Positions 1 to 12,644 are shown, numbered from the stretch's first letter. The stretch is DNA of 64,000 nucleotides from Octopus sinensis (GCF_006345805.1 NC_043007.1:15810001-15874000), one strand, 5' to 3'. The notes: generated by a model from the sequence alone, not told the origin. Made by a program: numbers and translations.

Positions 1-130
1 TCATTTTGAATTGATAAAAGGTGGGTTTTTTTCTAATATTTTATATATATTATATTGTGTGGAATTTGATTTAGTATTTCTAAATTGAATTCTTTTTCCT
101 TGTAAGTTTGGATTTTATTTCCTCAAATAA

Positions 131-178
<48 letters not shown>

Positions 179-189
179 GAGAGAGAGAG

Positions 190-362
190 AGTAGCATTTC
201 CTCCATCTTTACGTTCTGAGTTCAAGTGTCACCGAAGTCGACTTCGCTTTTCATCGTTACGGGGTCGTTAAAATAAGTATCAGTTGGATACGGAGGTCTG
301 TGTAATCGACCTATCCCCCCCCACCACCGAAAAGCTTGGCCTTCTGACAAAATTTGAAACCA
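190..362 (+). mobile_element. Diverged SINE family A copy with the alternative (older) 3' tail
   Basis: Contains the family core gttctgagttcaa...gtcgacttcgcttttcatc...ggggtcg...taagtatcag and ends in ccttctgacaaaatttgaaacc. Confidence 0.7.
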
Positions 363-546
363 ATACATATGCAAACGTATCTTCCTGAACTTTTATGATA
401 GACTCACTAACGACGAATGCTATGGTGACATAATTCACTATAAAACTATCTGAAAGTGACGAATGCCATTTAAACTATCCGGCCGTTATCCTTCATTTCT
501 TCTCGTGCAGAACTGTAGAGTAGGGTCAGCCTGCATTTATTTAAGT

Positions 547-1065
547 CAGGGGTGAAGAAACCCACGCCCGCCGGTGCAATTTCGCCCGCGAGCTTATTCT
601 ATTTCACCTGCAGGCTTGTATACTTGTATGTACAAAATGTATTAAATTTTTCAATTAGAAAATTTATACAAAATTCGTATGTCAATTTGCAACATAGGTC
701 GCCTTTCCACTAGGACTTAAAATGGTTAGACTCAAACAGAAATCATCCAGCAATTACCATTTGAATGGAAATTTTGTTATCACTATAAAACACATATTGC
801 TATGTTTGTACCAACCCCTTAAGACCCAACTACACTCTAGCTGAAAAATGTAGAATGCCTCATAAGTAATATAAACATCCTAAATTCAGTGGCGGCGTTA
901 ATGAAGTTGTTACGCGTTAATTTAATGTCTTAAAATTATCTTTATTATACGTACATAGATGTATACAAGATTTACACAGATATAAGGGCCAGAACGTGGG
1001 ATCCGCCAGCGGACTTTTCCTTTGGAAATTTTTGCCCGCCGCGCTAAAAAGTTTCCCCACCTCTG
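547..1065. mobile_element. Non-autonomous hAT-type DNA transposon (MITE)
   Basis: Termini CAGGGGTG...CACCTCTG, subterminal GCCCGC motifs, 8-bp target duplication ATTTAAGT/ATTTACGT (7/8 match). Confidence 0.75.
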
Positions 1066-1274
1066 ATTTACGTCATAGTAATTGCATTTTCCGTCTGCTT
1101 CTTATTGGACTACGTCCATGCTGAGGGCACCAACTTCAAAGGTTTAAATTGATTATAGTGTCATTAGTACTTGTTTGATTAATGTTGCAAGGGACACAGC
1201 AAACTATTATTTTGTTAAGAATAATCAGTCTTTGTTAATGATTAAAGTTAATTCAATGATTTTCGTTACCTAAA

Positions 1275-1465
1275 GGCGGCGAGCTGGCAGAAACGTTAGC
1301 ACGTCGGGCGAATTGCGTAGCCGTATTTCATCTGCCATTACGTTCTGAGTTCAAGTTCCGCCGTGGTTGACTTTGCCTTTCATCCTTTCGGGGTCGATTA
1401 AATAAGTACCAGTTACGCACTGGGGTCGATATAATCAACTTAATCCGCCTGTCTGTCCTTGTTTG
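1275..1465 (+). mobile_element. tRNA-derived SINE family A, 3'-truncated
   Basis: Head ggcggcgagctggcagaaacgttagc, B-box-like gagttcaagttcc, core gcctttcatcctttcggggtcgat. Confidence 0.85.
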
Positions 1466-1499
1466 ACTTTAGTGACGTATATATATATATATATATATT

Positions 1500-1800
1500 T
1501 ATTATTTTTTGTTTTTTATATTCGTGTGGCACCGTCCGTTTTGCTGCCCCTGTGTTCGTATGCATTCGATCCTTCTTCCAGGAAATCTACGCTCCTAGCT
1601 TAGTTTTTCTAATGCTCGTTGCTTAGTTTTTCCTGGAGGGCTGGCCGGTTCTAGTAATCTGAAGATTAATCAGCCGAAATTACTACGATGATCCGGTTCT
1701 TGACTGAAGACTGAGGGCTTCGAATGTCCTGTCTGTGTTTGTTGTATCGTCTTCTAAGTTTTTATGCGTTCTTGTCTCAGTTTGTATTTTTCTACATATC
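1500..1800 (+). mobile_element. Solo copy of the ~335-bp terminal module of the 7994-10071 element, flanked by (TA)n
   Basis: Reverse-complement match to 7994-8290 (ccttcttccaggaaatctacgctc...cagccgaaattactacgatgatccggttcttgactgaagac). Confidence 0.8.
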
Positions 1801-1820
1801 ATAATATATATATATACGTA

Positions 1821-2005
1821 CGTCACTAAAGCGACTGAGCGCGCAATTCAGCACCATTATTCTAGAAATAAGAGCCAAAACAATTCATAGCCACAATAAT
1901 GCACTATCTTTTATCAGTAAATAAGACCGTGCGCTTATGAGTTGCTTTGCATCTTGTATCTAGCAATACTGGTGCTGAATAGCTCCATCGGTCGCTTTAG
2001 TGACG
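1821..2005. mobile_element. TA-flanked MITE (Tc1/mariner-type) with imperfect long TIRs
   Basis: TA|CGTCACTAAAGCGAC...GTCGCTTTAGTGACG|TA; inner arms attcagcacca/tggtgctgaat are also complementary. Confidence 0.75.
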
Positions 2006-2351
2006 TAGATAATTTTGCCTTGCCTTTCGGTTGAAAAATTGCTTACAAGCCACCCGTATTATTTATGTTTATACACGCACTCATGTATATGTGTGTGTGT
2101 GAACGTATGTGTGTATGTTATCATTGCTGACTGTATTAATGTGCCAAATATATCATGTTAATGGAGAATGCATTATTCTATTACAATAGGTATATAACTT
2201 TATCATTGAAAACTACAGAGATGCGTTACATTAGATGTATTAGGGTATGATGGATACTGTATTTTGTTTGTTTTGTTTTAGTTCTTGTGTTGCTTTTGTT
2301 TTGTGTTGTTCTTGTTTTTATCAATGTTCTTTGTTTTTCGTATTTTGCCAG

Positions 2352-2405
2352 ATCTCTGGAAGAAGGAGCGAGGCTCTTATTATTTGCAGAAAATACGTAA
2401 AGGAA
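2352..2405 (+). CDS. Candidate 54-nt internal exon of an unidentified host gene
   Basis: Long T-rich tract ending tttttcgtattttgccag, donor GAA|gtgagt, length a multiple of 3, two open frames (ISGRRSEALIICRKYVKE or LWKKERGSYYLQKIRKG). Confidence 0.35.
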
Positions 2406-2541
2406 GTGAGTCTTCAACAAACAGTCAAATGACATTCGTTTACTTATAATCAGGGATGCATGTGTGTAAAGCAACAAGAGCAAGGATGAACATGTGTATA
2501 GCAGCTAGAGAGGAAGAGAGAAAGAGGGAGATGGGTGATGG

Positions 2542-2544
<3 letters not shown>

Positions 2545-2620
<76 letters not shown>
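2545..2620. repeat. (GATA)n microsatellite
   Basis: Direct reading. Confidence 0.95.
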
Positions 2621-2621
2621 A

Positions 2622-3196
2622 GGCGGCGAGCTGGCAGAAACTTTAGCTCGCCGGGCGAAATGCTTAGCGGTATTTCGTCTGCCGTTAAGTTCTGAGTTCA
2701 AATTCCGACGAGGTCGACTTTGCCTTTCATCCTTTCGGGGTCGATAAATTAAGTACCAGTTACGCACTGGGGCCGATGTAATCCACTTAATCCGTTTGTC
2801 TGTCCTTGTTTATCCCCTCTGTGTTTAGCACCTTGTGTGTAGTAAAGAAATAGGTATTTCGTCTGACGAGCTCGACTTTGCCTTTCATCCTTTCGAGGTC
2901 GATTAAATAAATACCAGTTACGCACTGGGGTCGATATAATCGACTTAATCCGTTTGTCTGTCCTTGTTTGTCCTCTCTGTGTTTAGCCCCTTGTGGGTAG
3001 TAAAGAAATAGGTATTTTGTCTGCTGTTACGTTGTGAGTTCAAATTCCGCCGAGGTCGACTTTGCCTTTCATCTTTTCGGGGTCGATAAATTAAGTACCA
3101 ATTACGCACTGGGGTCGGTGTAATCGACTTAATCCCTTTGCCTGTCATTGTTTGTCCCCTCTATGTTTAGCCCCTTGTAGGCAATATAGAAATAAG
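2622..3196 (+). mobile_element. SINE family A, internally trimeric copy
   Basis: One head, then core+tail three times, joined at aaagaaata|ggtattt. Confidence 0.9.
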
Positions 3197-3569
3197 ATAG
3201 ACAGAACATCATTAAGCTTTGTGGATGTTCAGTAACGGATTCATTGGAGTTAGAGGTCTATTAAAGACTTTAGCAGTTCTGTCAATATGACGTCACCCTG
3301 AGATTTAGGATCACTCGTAGCGCCTTTGGGGATCTCTTGGTGCGTGTGGATAACAACATAGTTTTATTTATCTGTTGATCAGAAATGATATATTTTCAAT
3401 CTCATGGATCTTACTCTTGAAATCCAGTTTTGTCTTATTCATTTTTTAAGCTTATATTTTTACCACGATTTTTCAAAAGGAATCATGATGGAATGGTTGT
3501 AAGATTTTAGTGACGTGTTATTTATTGATTTATTCTTCAATACACAAGTATACGTATACATAGAAGAAT

Positions 3570-3621
3570 ATGTGTATATGTGTGTGTATAGATATGTATA
3601 TATAGCGATATATATATATAC

Positions 3622-3664
<43 letters not shown>

Positions 3665-3853
3665 TATATATATATTATATATATTTATGTACATAATATA
3701 TATATATATATATATATATTTATGTACATATATATATATTATATATATTTATGTACATATATATATATATATATTTATGTACATATATATATAGATATAT
3801 ATTTATGTACATAATATATATATATATATTATGTACATATATATATATTATAT

Positions 3854-3932
<79 letters not shown>

Positions 3933-3934
3933 AC

Positions 3935-3990
<56 letters not shown>

Positions 3991-4020
3991 TATGTGTGTA
4001 TGTGTATATATACATACATA
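3570..4020. repeat. Compound (TA)n/(TATG)n microsatellite
   Basis: Direct reading; source of spurious YI-rich ORFs. Confidence 0.95.
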
Positions 4021-4204
4021 GGTACATTCAATAAACATGTGTGCGATTATTGCGTATATACGTATATAAATGCGCATGTATACATATGTTTGTGTGCGCG
4101 TGCATGCGTGTGTATGTGTTATTTTTTTCTTCGAGTTTTATTTAAGTTCTTCTTGATAGTGTTCAAGCCGGTCGCTAACGAAGAACCAAGATTTTGTTTT
4201 CTAA

Positions 4205-4380
4205 GTATGCATGTATGTATGCCTTTATGTATGCATGTATGTATGCCTTTATATATGCATGTATGTATGTGCACATGTATGCATGTATGTATGCCTTTAT
4301 GTATGCATGTATGTATGCCTTTATGTATGCATGTATGTATGCCTTTATGTATGCATGTATGTATGTGCACATGTATGTGT
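4205..4380. repeat. 24-bp minisatellite (atgcatgtatgtatgcctttatgt), about 7 copies
   Basis: Direct reading; gives the MHVCMPLC pseudo-ORFs. Confidence 0.85.
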
Positions 4381-4809
4381 TTATATATATGGCTGTAAAT
4401 TCATTATCGTATTTCTTCAGTCATTCCCCAGTAACAAGATATATATGTGAATGAATATTTATTGATACCGCCTCCTCTTCAGGCTATCTTCTTTACATTT
4501 TTGTTGTAACATTTAATACCCCAAGCCAGTCGTGTCATTCTTTGTCAACGAGTAAAGTACTTCAATTATATTAGGGGATAAAGAAGCATCAAGCCTACAA
4601 TAAGTGATTGCATGTAAGTATCCATGTATGCACACGTATGTCTCTATTTATGCATGTACCTCTGTCGCTGTAAACATGTATATATATATATATATATTAT
4701 ATATCAGACATATATATATATATATCCAGTTATATGCATATTCTTATATGAGTATATATATTCATTTATACATATATATAATATACATATACATATATAT
4801 ATGTACATA

Positions 4810-4901
<92 letters not shown>

Positions 4902-5831
4902 GTATATTTATACATGAATTTATATGGAAAAGGATACGTGGCGTTAGATCATATAATAATATAAATGATATATAAATATATGCATATATACATACATATA
5001 TGTACATACCAACATCTATATGTATATACACATGCATATATGGGTACAGGACACACAGATATGTGGGTTTGTGTGTGTGTGTGTTTGTGTATTAAAGAGA
5101 GAGAGAGAGTGAGTGAGTGAGGGGGAAGCTATCCTTTCAGCCTATTTCTGTTTCCGCATGATTAGCATAGGTATGCATCATCTCCGTCGTCTATTATTGA
5201 TTGATGCTGTGCCTTCTTCAGGTTTTCAGACCAAATGTGAGCATCTCCACGGGATGTCATAGCTGATGAAGCATAGATTCGTGGAGACGCTACAACATGT
5301 ACAAGTGATCCATAGATGTACAAGTGATCCATGGATTGTCACCCTTTGTTAAAATCGTATTTCTACAGCTCCTCTCTTTGCGGAGCTATAGTGTCATGTC
5401 AAATGAGAACATCTGCAATGATTTCAGACACTATAATTGAGGCTAGTAGAAATTCCAATTTGGCATCCTATAGAGCAGTCATGAGCAACTTATGGTCCAC
5501 ACGATTTCTAAATAGCATGCCTTGTGAAAAATTACCTTCAGGTATCTTTTATTAATGCAACTTGTCTGATGATGAGCCATGCCTCATGCGACTCGCTTCT
5601 GGGAAAAGATTGCCCATGCCTACTTAAAGGGACTATGGGTAAAAGCTATGATTTTCTCGGGGAAACTTTGAATGTCAGGGAGGTCAACTAAACAGCTTGT
5701 TCCAGATGCTTTCTAGCCCGAAAATGACGGATAACTTCCAGAAACCTCTGACCTGATAGTTATATCCAGGAGTTTTGATGGTGGATATTGCTGGTTCAAG
5801 AGGCCTGTTCAAATTGGTTCAAATTCAGTAA

Positions 5832-5834
<3 letters not shown>

Positions 5835-5890
<56 letters not shown>
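5835..5890. repeat. (CAG)n microsatellite
   Basis: Direct reading. Confidence 0.95.
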
Positions 5891-5891
<1 letters not shown>

Positions 5892-6672
5892 TGGCCGTTC
5901 AAGAATTTGGACCTGGAGATCTCCATTTCTAGCGACTTCGAGGGCCACTTCCCAGTGGTGTCGAGTGTCAACGAAGAGCCCTCGACTACAAGACGACCAA
6001 AGTTTTTTTTCCAAGGTCTGGGGTGTCCCGCCCCTTAACCCTAGACCATCACCTAATCACCCTTACCCGACTTTTTGCTTAACAACAACAACAACAACAA
6101 CAGCAGCAGTAGCAGTGGTAGCTGTGGCAGCAACAATAGCAGCAGCAGTAGCAGCAGCAGTAGTTGTAGTAGTTTAATGAAGTAGCGCTCGTTTTATTCT
6201 CCTTTTTTGTATATAAAAAGGTTGTGTATAAGGGAGCGAAAGGAGGTTTAGACATGTGATTCTATAAACATGGGAGGACTCCACAGGGTTTCAGTTCGTA
6301 CCTTCGCCGGGGCATATCTGAGATACGCGCACTCTTTAAGTGGCTAATTATTGCTTGTGTGAAGTACAGTGTTGTCACATGTAGAACAAATCCGGCTATC
6401 GATCAAGTCCGTCTTAAAGATCACCCACCACAAATGGCTGGAAGATTTCCACTTTCTGATGGTTATAGCCAAAGCGGCTGCATGCTGAACACATCTGCAA
6501 GCACTAAGCAGAGACAATTTCTTCTTTTGTTAAGCTTTCATGGAATTATTTTCAAGTTCCGCTTGGTGAGGAAGATAGAACTGATAATGTAAGCGCCGTC
6601 TCGCAGAAAATTTATTCAAAAATGGGTGCAAGTGAGGAGCATGACCAAGTGAACAACCACGCTCTCAGCATA

Positions 6673-6908
6673 TACCTATTTCTTTACTACCCACAAGGGG
6701 CTGAACACAGAGACGACAAACAGGGACAGACAAACGGATTAAGTCGATTATATCGACCCCAATGCGTAACTGGTACTTATTTAATCGACCTCGAAAGGAT
6801 GAAAGGCAAAGTCGACCCCGGCGGAATTTGAACTCAGAACGTAACGGCAGACGAAATGCCGCTAGGCATTTCGCCTGGCGTGCTAACGTTTCTGCCAGCT
6901 CGCCGCCT
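6673..6908 (-). mobile_element. SINE family A
   Basis: Reverse complement of head, core and tail. Confidence 0.9.
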
Positions 6909-7189
6909 TCACTCAGCATATATCTGTACGCCGAAGAACTCGGCTGGAATTGGGCACTTACTCTAATCTTGTATATGTGAGAGTTCTTGAGGAACCCTAG
7001 AACGCAGCTCCTTCTGGGGACTTTCTCATATGTGTATATGCTGTGTATACTATCGTATTTTTTCACGTTATTGAATTTGAATTTCTATGTAAATGCTCAC
7101 CATCTTTGAAGCATGTCTCTAATGTTCCCTCATCTAGAGAATTTATAGTAATAACAATGAAAAAATAATTATAATCATTATTATTCAGT

Positions 7190-7380
7190 AGTCTTATATT
7201 TATTGCTTGCTTTCATTGCGTTACCGAGCGCAGCACTGTGTGCTTTGGATAAGTACTGTAGTTTGTCCCGGTGTTATCATTGTAACTTTATTGAAAATGC
7301 TCAATGTAAGATGTGTGCAGTGCCTAGTAGTGCTATTTTGCTATATATATTCGTACACCCAGGGTTTTGGATTTTGTCTT
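7190..7380 (-). mobile_element. 3' end fragment of an RLE-type (R4/Dong-like) non-LTR retrotransposon
   Basis: Minus strand reads ...KIALLGTAHIL..., typical of the C-terminus of such ORFs, followed by a short UTR and a (TAA)n tail. Confidence 0.5.
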
Positions 7381-7391
7381 TGCATGTGTTT

Positions 7392-7428
<37 letters not shown>

Positions 7429-7563
7429 TATATATATATATAATATATATATATATATATAATATATATATATATATGTAGGTCCCGGGTTGATTCGGGG
7501 TTAACCACAGTAAATAAGGTACTCAATACATAGTAGAGTAAAATTAATTTATTATATAGAAGG

Positions 7564-7614
7564 AGCTTCTACAGGACTAGAACTGTTTCATTCAAGAGAA
7601 ATCTTCAGGAAGCT
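7564..7614 (-). ncRNA. Type I hammerhead ribozyme motif (mirror copy)
   Basis: Exact reverse complement of 7875-7925. Confidence 0.7.
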
Positions 7615-7874
7615 AGTTAACAAGAATTGTATTGGCATTTATACATTTAGGCAGGTTTAAAGGGGTGTTGGTGGGGGACTTTTTGGGGGTAGGCATAGCG
7701 CAAAATATCATACTTGGGGGAGCGGTCAAGGAGTCAGTGTTAAATTAGATAGAAGAATAAATAAAAAAATAAAAAAATATATATTTTGCGCTATGCCTAC
7801 CCCCAAAAAGTCCCCCACCAACACCCCTTTAAACCTGCCTAAATGTATAAATGCCAATACAATTCTTGTTAACT

Positions 7875-7925
7875 AGCTTCCTGAAGATTTCTCTTGAATG
7901 AAACAGTTCTAGTCCTGTAGAAGCT
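7875..7925 (+). ncRNA. Type I hammerhead ribozyme motif
   Basis: AGCTTC-CTGAAGA-tttctcttgaat-GAAA-cagttctagtcctg-TA-GAAGCT: 6-bp stem I, weak stem II, cag/ctg stem III, GUA cleavage triplet. Confidence 0.7.
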
Positions 7926-7961
7926 CCTTCTATATAATAAATATATATATATATATTATAT

Positions 7962-7993
<32 letters not shown>

Positions 7994-7994
<1 letters not shown>

Positions 7995-10071
7995 TAAGGT
8001 ATGTAGAAAAATACAACATGGACAAGAACGTATAACTCTTAGAAGACGATACAATAAACACGGACAGGACATTCGAAACCCTCAGTCTTCAGTCAAGAAC
8101 CGGATCATCGTAGTAATTTCGGCTGATTAATCTTGAGATTACTAGATCACGGCCAGCCCTCCAAGAAAAACTAAGCAACGAGCATTAGAAAAACTAAGCT
8201 GGGAGCGTAGATTTCCTGGAAGAAGGATCGAATGCATACGGACACCAGGACAGCAAAAGGGACGACTATAAAAAAAAACAAAAAAATAATGGAATACAGA
8301 AACATGAAATACAGAAGCATTAACGGTGAAAACAACAACAAGTGTCTTACGACTGATAACAAGCAAACAAATTGTTTCTCTGGCGCAAGGAAAGGAGCCT
8401 TATCGGCGATGCCTATAGCGGCGGACGAAAAACAACGATGTTAACACGACGCTGGTCAGAAGCTGAAAGGCAGATTTCGGCCAGCAGTCACGTGACAGAG
8501 AAGAGAGAAAAGAAAAGAAAGAGAAGCAACGGAAGAGAGAGAGAGAGAGAGAGAGGAGGACAAACGCGACAAAGAGCGAGAAGAGAGAGAAAGAAGGAAT
8601 CAGAGAGGAGAAGGGATGGGTGTCGAAGAGCGACCTGTGAGTGCAGAGCGAGACAAGAAATAGGAGGGTAGTGGAAGATTAGACCAAAGAATCAGAGGAA
8701 AGAGAAGGAAAGAGAAGAGAAAAAGACGATGAGTAGAGAGAGAAGGGGACAGATCAAGTAAAAGTGAGAGAGAGAGAGAGAGACAAACAAAGAGTCGTAC
8801 CAGTTATTAAGAATATGTGCTCACATTAATGTTAAGAGGGTACGTGGCGCCTGGAATATATGTTAAGGTATGTAGAAAAATACAACATGGACAAGAACGT
8901 ATAACTCTTAGAAGACGATACAATAAACACGGACAGGACATTCGAAACCCTCAGTCTTCAGTCAAGAACCGGATCATCGTAGTAATTTCGGCTGATTAAT
9001 CTTGAGATTACTAGATCACGGCCAGCCCTCCAAGAAAAACTAAGCAACGAGCATTAGAAAAACTAAGCTGGGAGCGTAGATTTCCTGGAAGAAGGATCGA
9101 ATGCATACGGACACCAGGACAGCAAAAGGGACGAATATAAAAAAAAACAAAAAAATAATGGAATACAGAAACATGAAATACAGAAGCATTAACGGTGAAA
9201 ACAACAACAAGTGTCTTACGACTGATAACAAGCAAACAAATTTTTCTCTGGCGCAAGGAAAGGAGCCTTATCGGCGATGCCTATAGCGGCGGACGAAAAA
9301 CAACGATGTTAACACGACGCTGGTCAGAAGCTGAAAGGCAGATTTCGGCCAGCAGTCACGTGACAGAGAAGAGAGAAGAAAAGAAAGAGAAGCAACGGAA
9401 GAGAGAGAGAGGGAGGAGAGAGAGAGAGGGGAGAGAGAGAGAGGAGGGACAAACGCGACAAAGAGCGAGAAGAGAGAGAAAGAAGGAATCAGAGAGGAGA
9501 AGGGATGGGTGTCGAAGAGCGACCTGTGAGTGCAGAGCGAGACAAAGAAATAGGAGGGTAGTGGAAGATTAGACCAAAGAATCAGAGGAAGAGAAGAGAA
9601 AAAGAGGATGAGTAGAGAGAGAAGGGGACAGATCAAGTAAAAGTGAGAGAGAGAGAGAGACAAACAAAGAGTCGTACCAGTTATTAAGAATATGTGCTCA
9701 CATTAATGTTAAGAGGGTACGTGCGCCTGGAATATATGTTAAGGTATGTAGAAAAATACAACATGGACAAGAACATATAACTCTTAGAAGACGATACAAT
9801 AAACACGGACAGGACATTCGAAACCCTCAGTCTTCAGTCAAGAACCGGATCATCGTAGTAATTTCGGCTGATTAATCTTGAGATTACTAGATCACGGCCA
9901 GCCCTCCAAGAAAAACTAAGCAACGAGCATTAGAAAAACTAAGCTGGGAGCGTAGATTTCCTGGAAGAAGGATCGAATGCATACGGACACCAGGACAGCA
10001 AAAGGGACGAATATAAAAAAAACAAAAAAATAATGGAATACAGAAACATGAAATACAGAAGCATTAACGGT
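7994..10071 (-). mobile_element. Tandem ~870-bp non-coding element with an A-B-A-B-A layout, inserted in (TA)n; possibly a non-autonomous Penelope-like element
   Basis: Units start at 7994, 8863 and 9739 (ttaaggtatgtagaaaaatac); the ~335-bp module A occurs three times; near-identical copies; (TA)n on both sides. Strand assignment is tentative. Confidence 0.7.
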
Positions 10072-10264
10072 ATATATATATTTCTTTTACCAAACCTAAA
10101 GCATGCTGTTACCTCTGCTACCCGATCTTTATAATTTGACAGTTTTTCTACTACTACTATTTTTTTACATTTAATCTGTATGTTTGTTAGTCACTTGCCG
10201 AGATACACCCAGGATAAGAGCTGCTGCAGTATGACTGAAAGCTTGGGGAGGGGAAGTAGCGAAC

Positions 10265-10316
<52 letters not shown>

Positions 10317-10391
10317 GCTGCTACTACTACTACTACTACTAACACCACCACCACCAAACCACTGCTACTACTACTACTGCTACAACTACCA

Positions 10392-10765
10392 CGGTGGCGA
10401 TTTGGCAGAGTCATTAGCACTTCGGACAAAAGGCTTAACAGCATTTCTTGGGAATCTTTACATTCTGAGGTCAAATCCCGCCTACCTCAGCTTCAGCTTT
10501 CATCCCTTCGGGATCGATAGAAATAAATGTGGCAGTCGAACACTGGGATCGGTATAATCGACTTTCCCTCTCCCCCAAAATTGTTGGCCTTGCGCCAAAA
10601 TTTGAAACCATTAGTATTATTGAGTTCAAATTCCGCCGAAATCGACTTTGCCTTTCATCCTTTCGGGAGTCGATAAATTAAGTACCAGATAAACACCGGG
10701 GTCGACGTAATCGACTAGTCCCCTCCCCTCAAAATTTCAAGCCTTTTACCTTTAGTAAAAAGGAT
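10392..10765 (+). mobile_element. Two adjacent SINE family A copies with the alternative tail
   Basis: Core gcctttcatcctttcggg twice; tails tcccccaaaattgttggccttg and cccctcaaaatttcaagcc, followed by (ATT)n. Confidence 0.75.
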
Positions 10766-10836
10766 TATTATTATTGTTGTTGTTGTTGCCGTTGTTGTTG
10801 ATGTTGATATTCTGCTGTTGTTGTTGTTATTCCTGT

Positions 10837-10873
<37 letters not shown>

Positions 10874-11157
10874 GGTGGTGGTGGTGGTTGTGGTTGCGGC
10901 GGCGGTGGTTGTGGTGGTAGTAGTAGTAGTAGTGGTGGTGGTGGTGGTGGTGGTGGTGGTGGTGGTGGTTGTGGTGGTGGTTGCGGCGGCGGTGGTTGTG
11001 GTGGTAGTAGTAGTAGTAGTAGTAGTGGTAGTAGTAGTAGAAGTACAAGTAGTAGTAGTAGTGGTGGTGGTGGTGGTAGTAGTAGTAGTAGTAGTGGTGG
11101 TGGTGGTGGTGGTGGTGGTAGTAGTAGTGTAGTAGTAGTGGTAGTAGTAGTAGTAGT

Positions 11158-11213
<56 letters not shown>

Positions 11214-11215
11214 TG
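10765..11215. repeat. Compound trinucleotide microsatellite (GTT/GTA/GTG)n
   Basis: Direct reading; poly-T, poly-V and poly-H/Y pseudo-ORFs. Confidence 0.95.
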
Positions 11216-12644
11216 CAACAGCAACAGTTGGCGACTGGATGTGACGTCGGAGCGTAGGGGGCAGTATTTGAATAAAGGGCGGGTTTCTACACAAGGGAAA
11301 AAAATGAGAGTAGGATAGCTTCATACACAAGACTGGCTTCATAAGATTTCGTATCTAAATAAGTGCAATGGGTTTATATGTAAAGGGAAATGATTGGCTG
11401 TTTTTACTTAAGAAGCAGAAAGAAAAGAATCGTTAGGGGTAGGACCTAAGGAAGTAGGAGAGTGCTGCAGCTAAACTACGTAAGCGGCAGGGAGATGGTT
11501 GTTCTTAAGAAAGCAGAATCAGTCTTGTACATTACGAAGTGGTAGACAACCTGTAACTGCCCAAGTGGGAGGACTTGTCGCTGAGGAAGCTTCTCAAAGC
11601 ATGTTAAGGAAGTCGGTGGCGGAGAATAGTTAAGAATAGTTAGGAATATAGGAATTGGTTCTACGTAAGCGAGTGGGACGGTGCTGTAAGAAAATACACG
11701 CTTGAAGCAGTGTTGTTTCTTAGGAAGTAGGAGGGGTTTATATCTGAGGTGGTGGGAAGCAGCCGTAACTATAGAATGATGTAATGTAATGACTATGTTA
11801 TCGGTGTATCGCTATTGGAACGGTTAACCTTTGTTTATATGTTCTTTTTGTTTAATCGGAATAATATCTGGATTTAGCTAATTGCCAGCGGGAAATGAAT
11901 GCAATTTCACCCAAATGTAATTAATTTGCATGGGAGAGGCACAAACACTATAAACACAAAAAGAGAAAGGAGGAAAGAGAGGGGGGAGAGAAGATAGAAA
12001 AAGAGAGAGAAAGGAAGAAAGGAAAGTGGAAACACACATGTGTATAGCCATGCATGGCTATTAAATTTAAATATATACATCTACAGACATACAACCAGGT
12101 ATATATGAAGTTACACGTCCAAACACAGAACACACATAAGCACGCGCACACATGCAGACACGCTCATAAACTCTTACGCACACACGTTTCCGTATATCTG
12201 TGTACGTGTGTACATGTATGCGCATGTATACGTATGTGCGTGTGAATGTGGATCTGTACATATGTGGACACACGTATGCTTGTGTATATGCTTCTGTGTT
12301 TGAGCTTAGAAACAAAAGAGAAAGACTTACACCATAGAGGCTAAATACTAATTATGGTCCTAAAACTCCATTTAGTTATGATTCAGTTTCGAATCATGCC
12401 GAAGTTAGCCGCCTTGCCCTTCGGTTTATAACATGTCGATAATATAAAGTACATGGCAAGTTCTAGTCTCCATGGGCTCGGTTAATCCACTCCCTTCAAA
12501 ACTGAAGGCCTCTTGAACTTAAATTAAAAACCTATAATGTTCAGAATATTTGCACTTTTGCTGATCTGTCGGTAGTTGTGAAATTATCATTTGTAAACAC
12601 AAAATATTGTCTCAGCATTGTATGATTGATTGATAGATAGATAA

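Noticed and set aside
3515-4975. Many YI/CV/HT-rich ORFs here and throughout the window
   Set aside because: They are translations of (TA)n, (TG)n, (GATA)n and trinucleotide microsatellites
5255-5300. CTGATGA possible hammerhead core
   Set aside because: No properly placed GAAA or stem III
8075-8170. Possible hammerhead in the tandem-element terminal module
   Set aside because: CTGAAGA is followed by GAAT rather than GAAA, and the GGCTG/CAGCC-GAAA stem lacks CUGANGA and stem I
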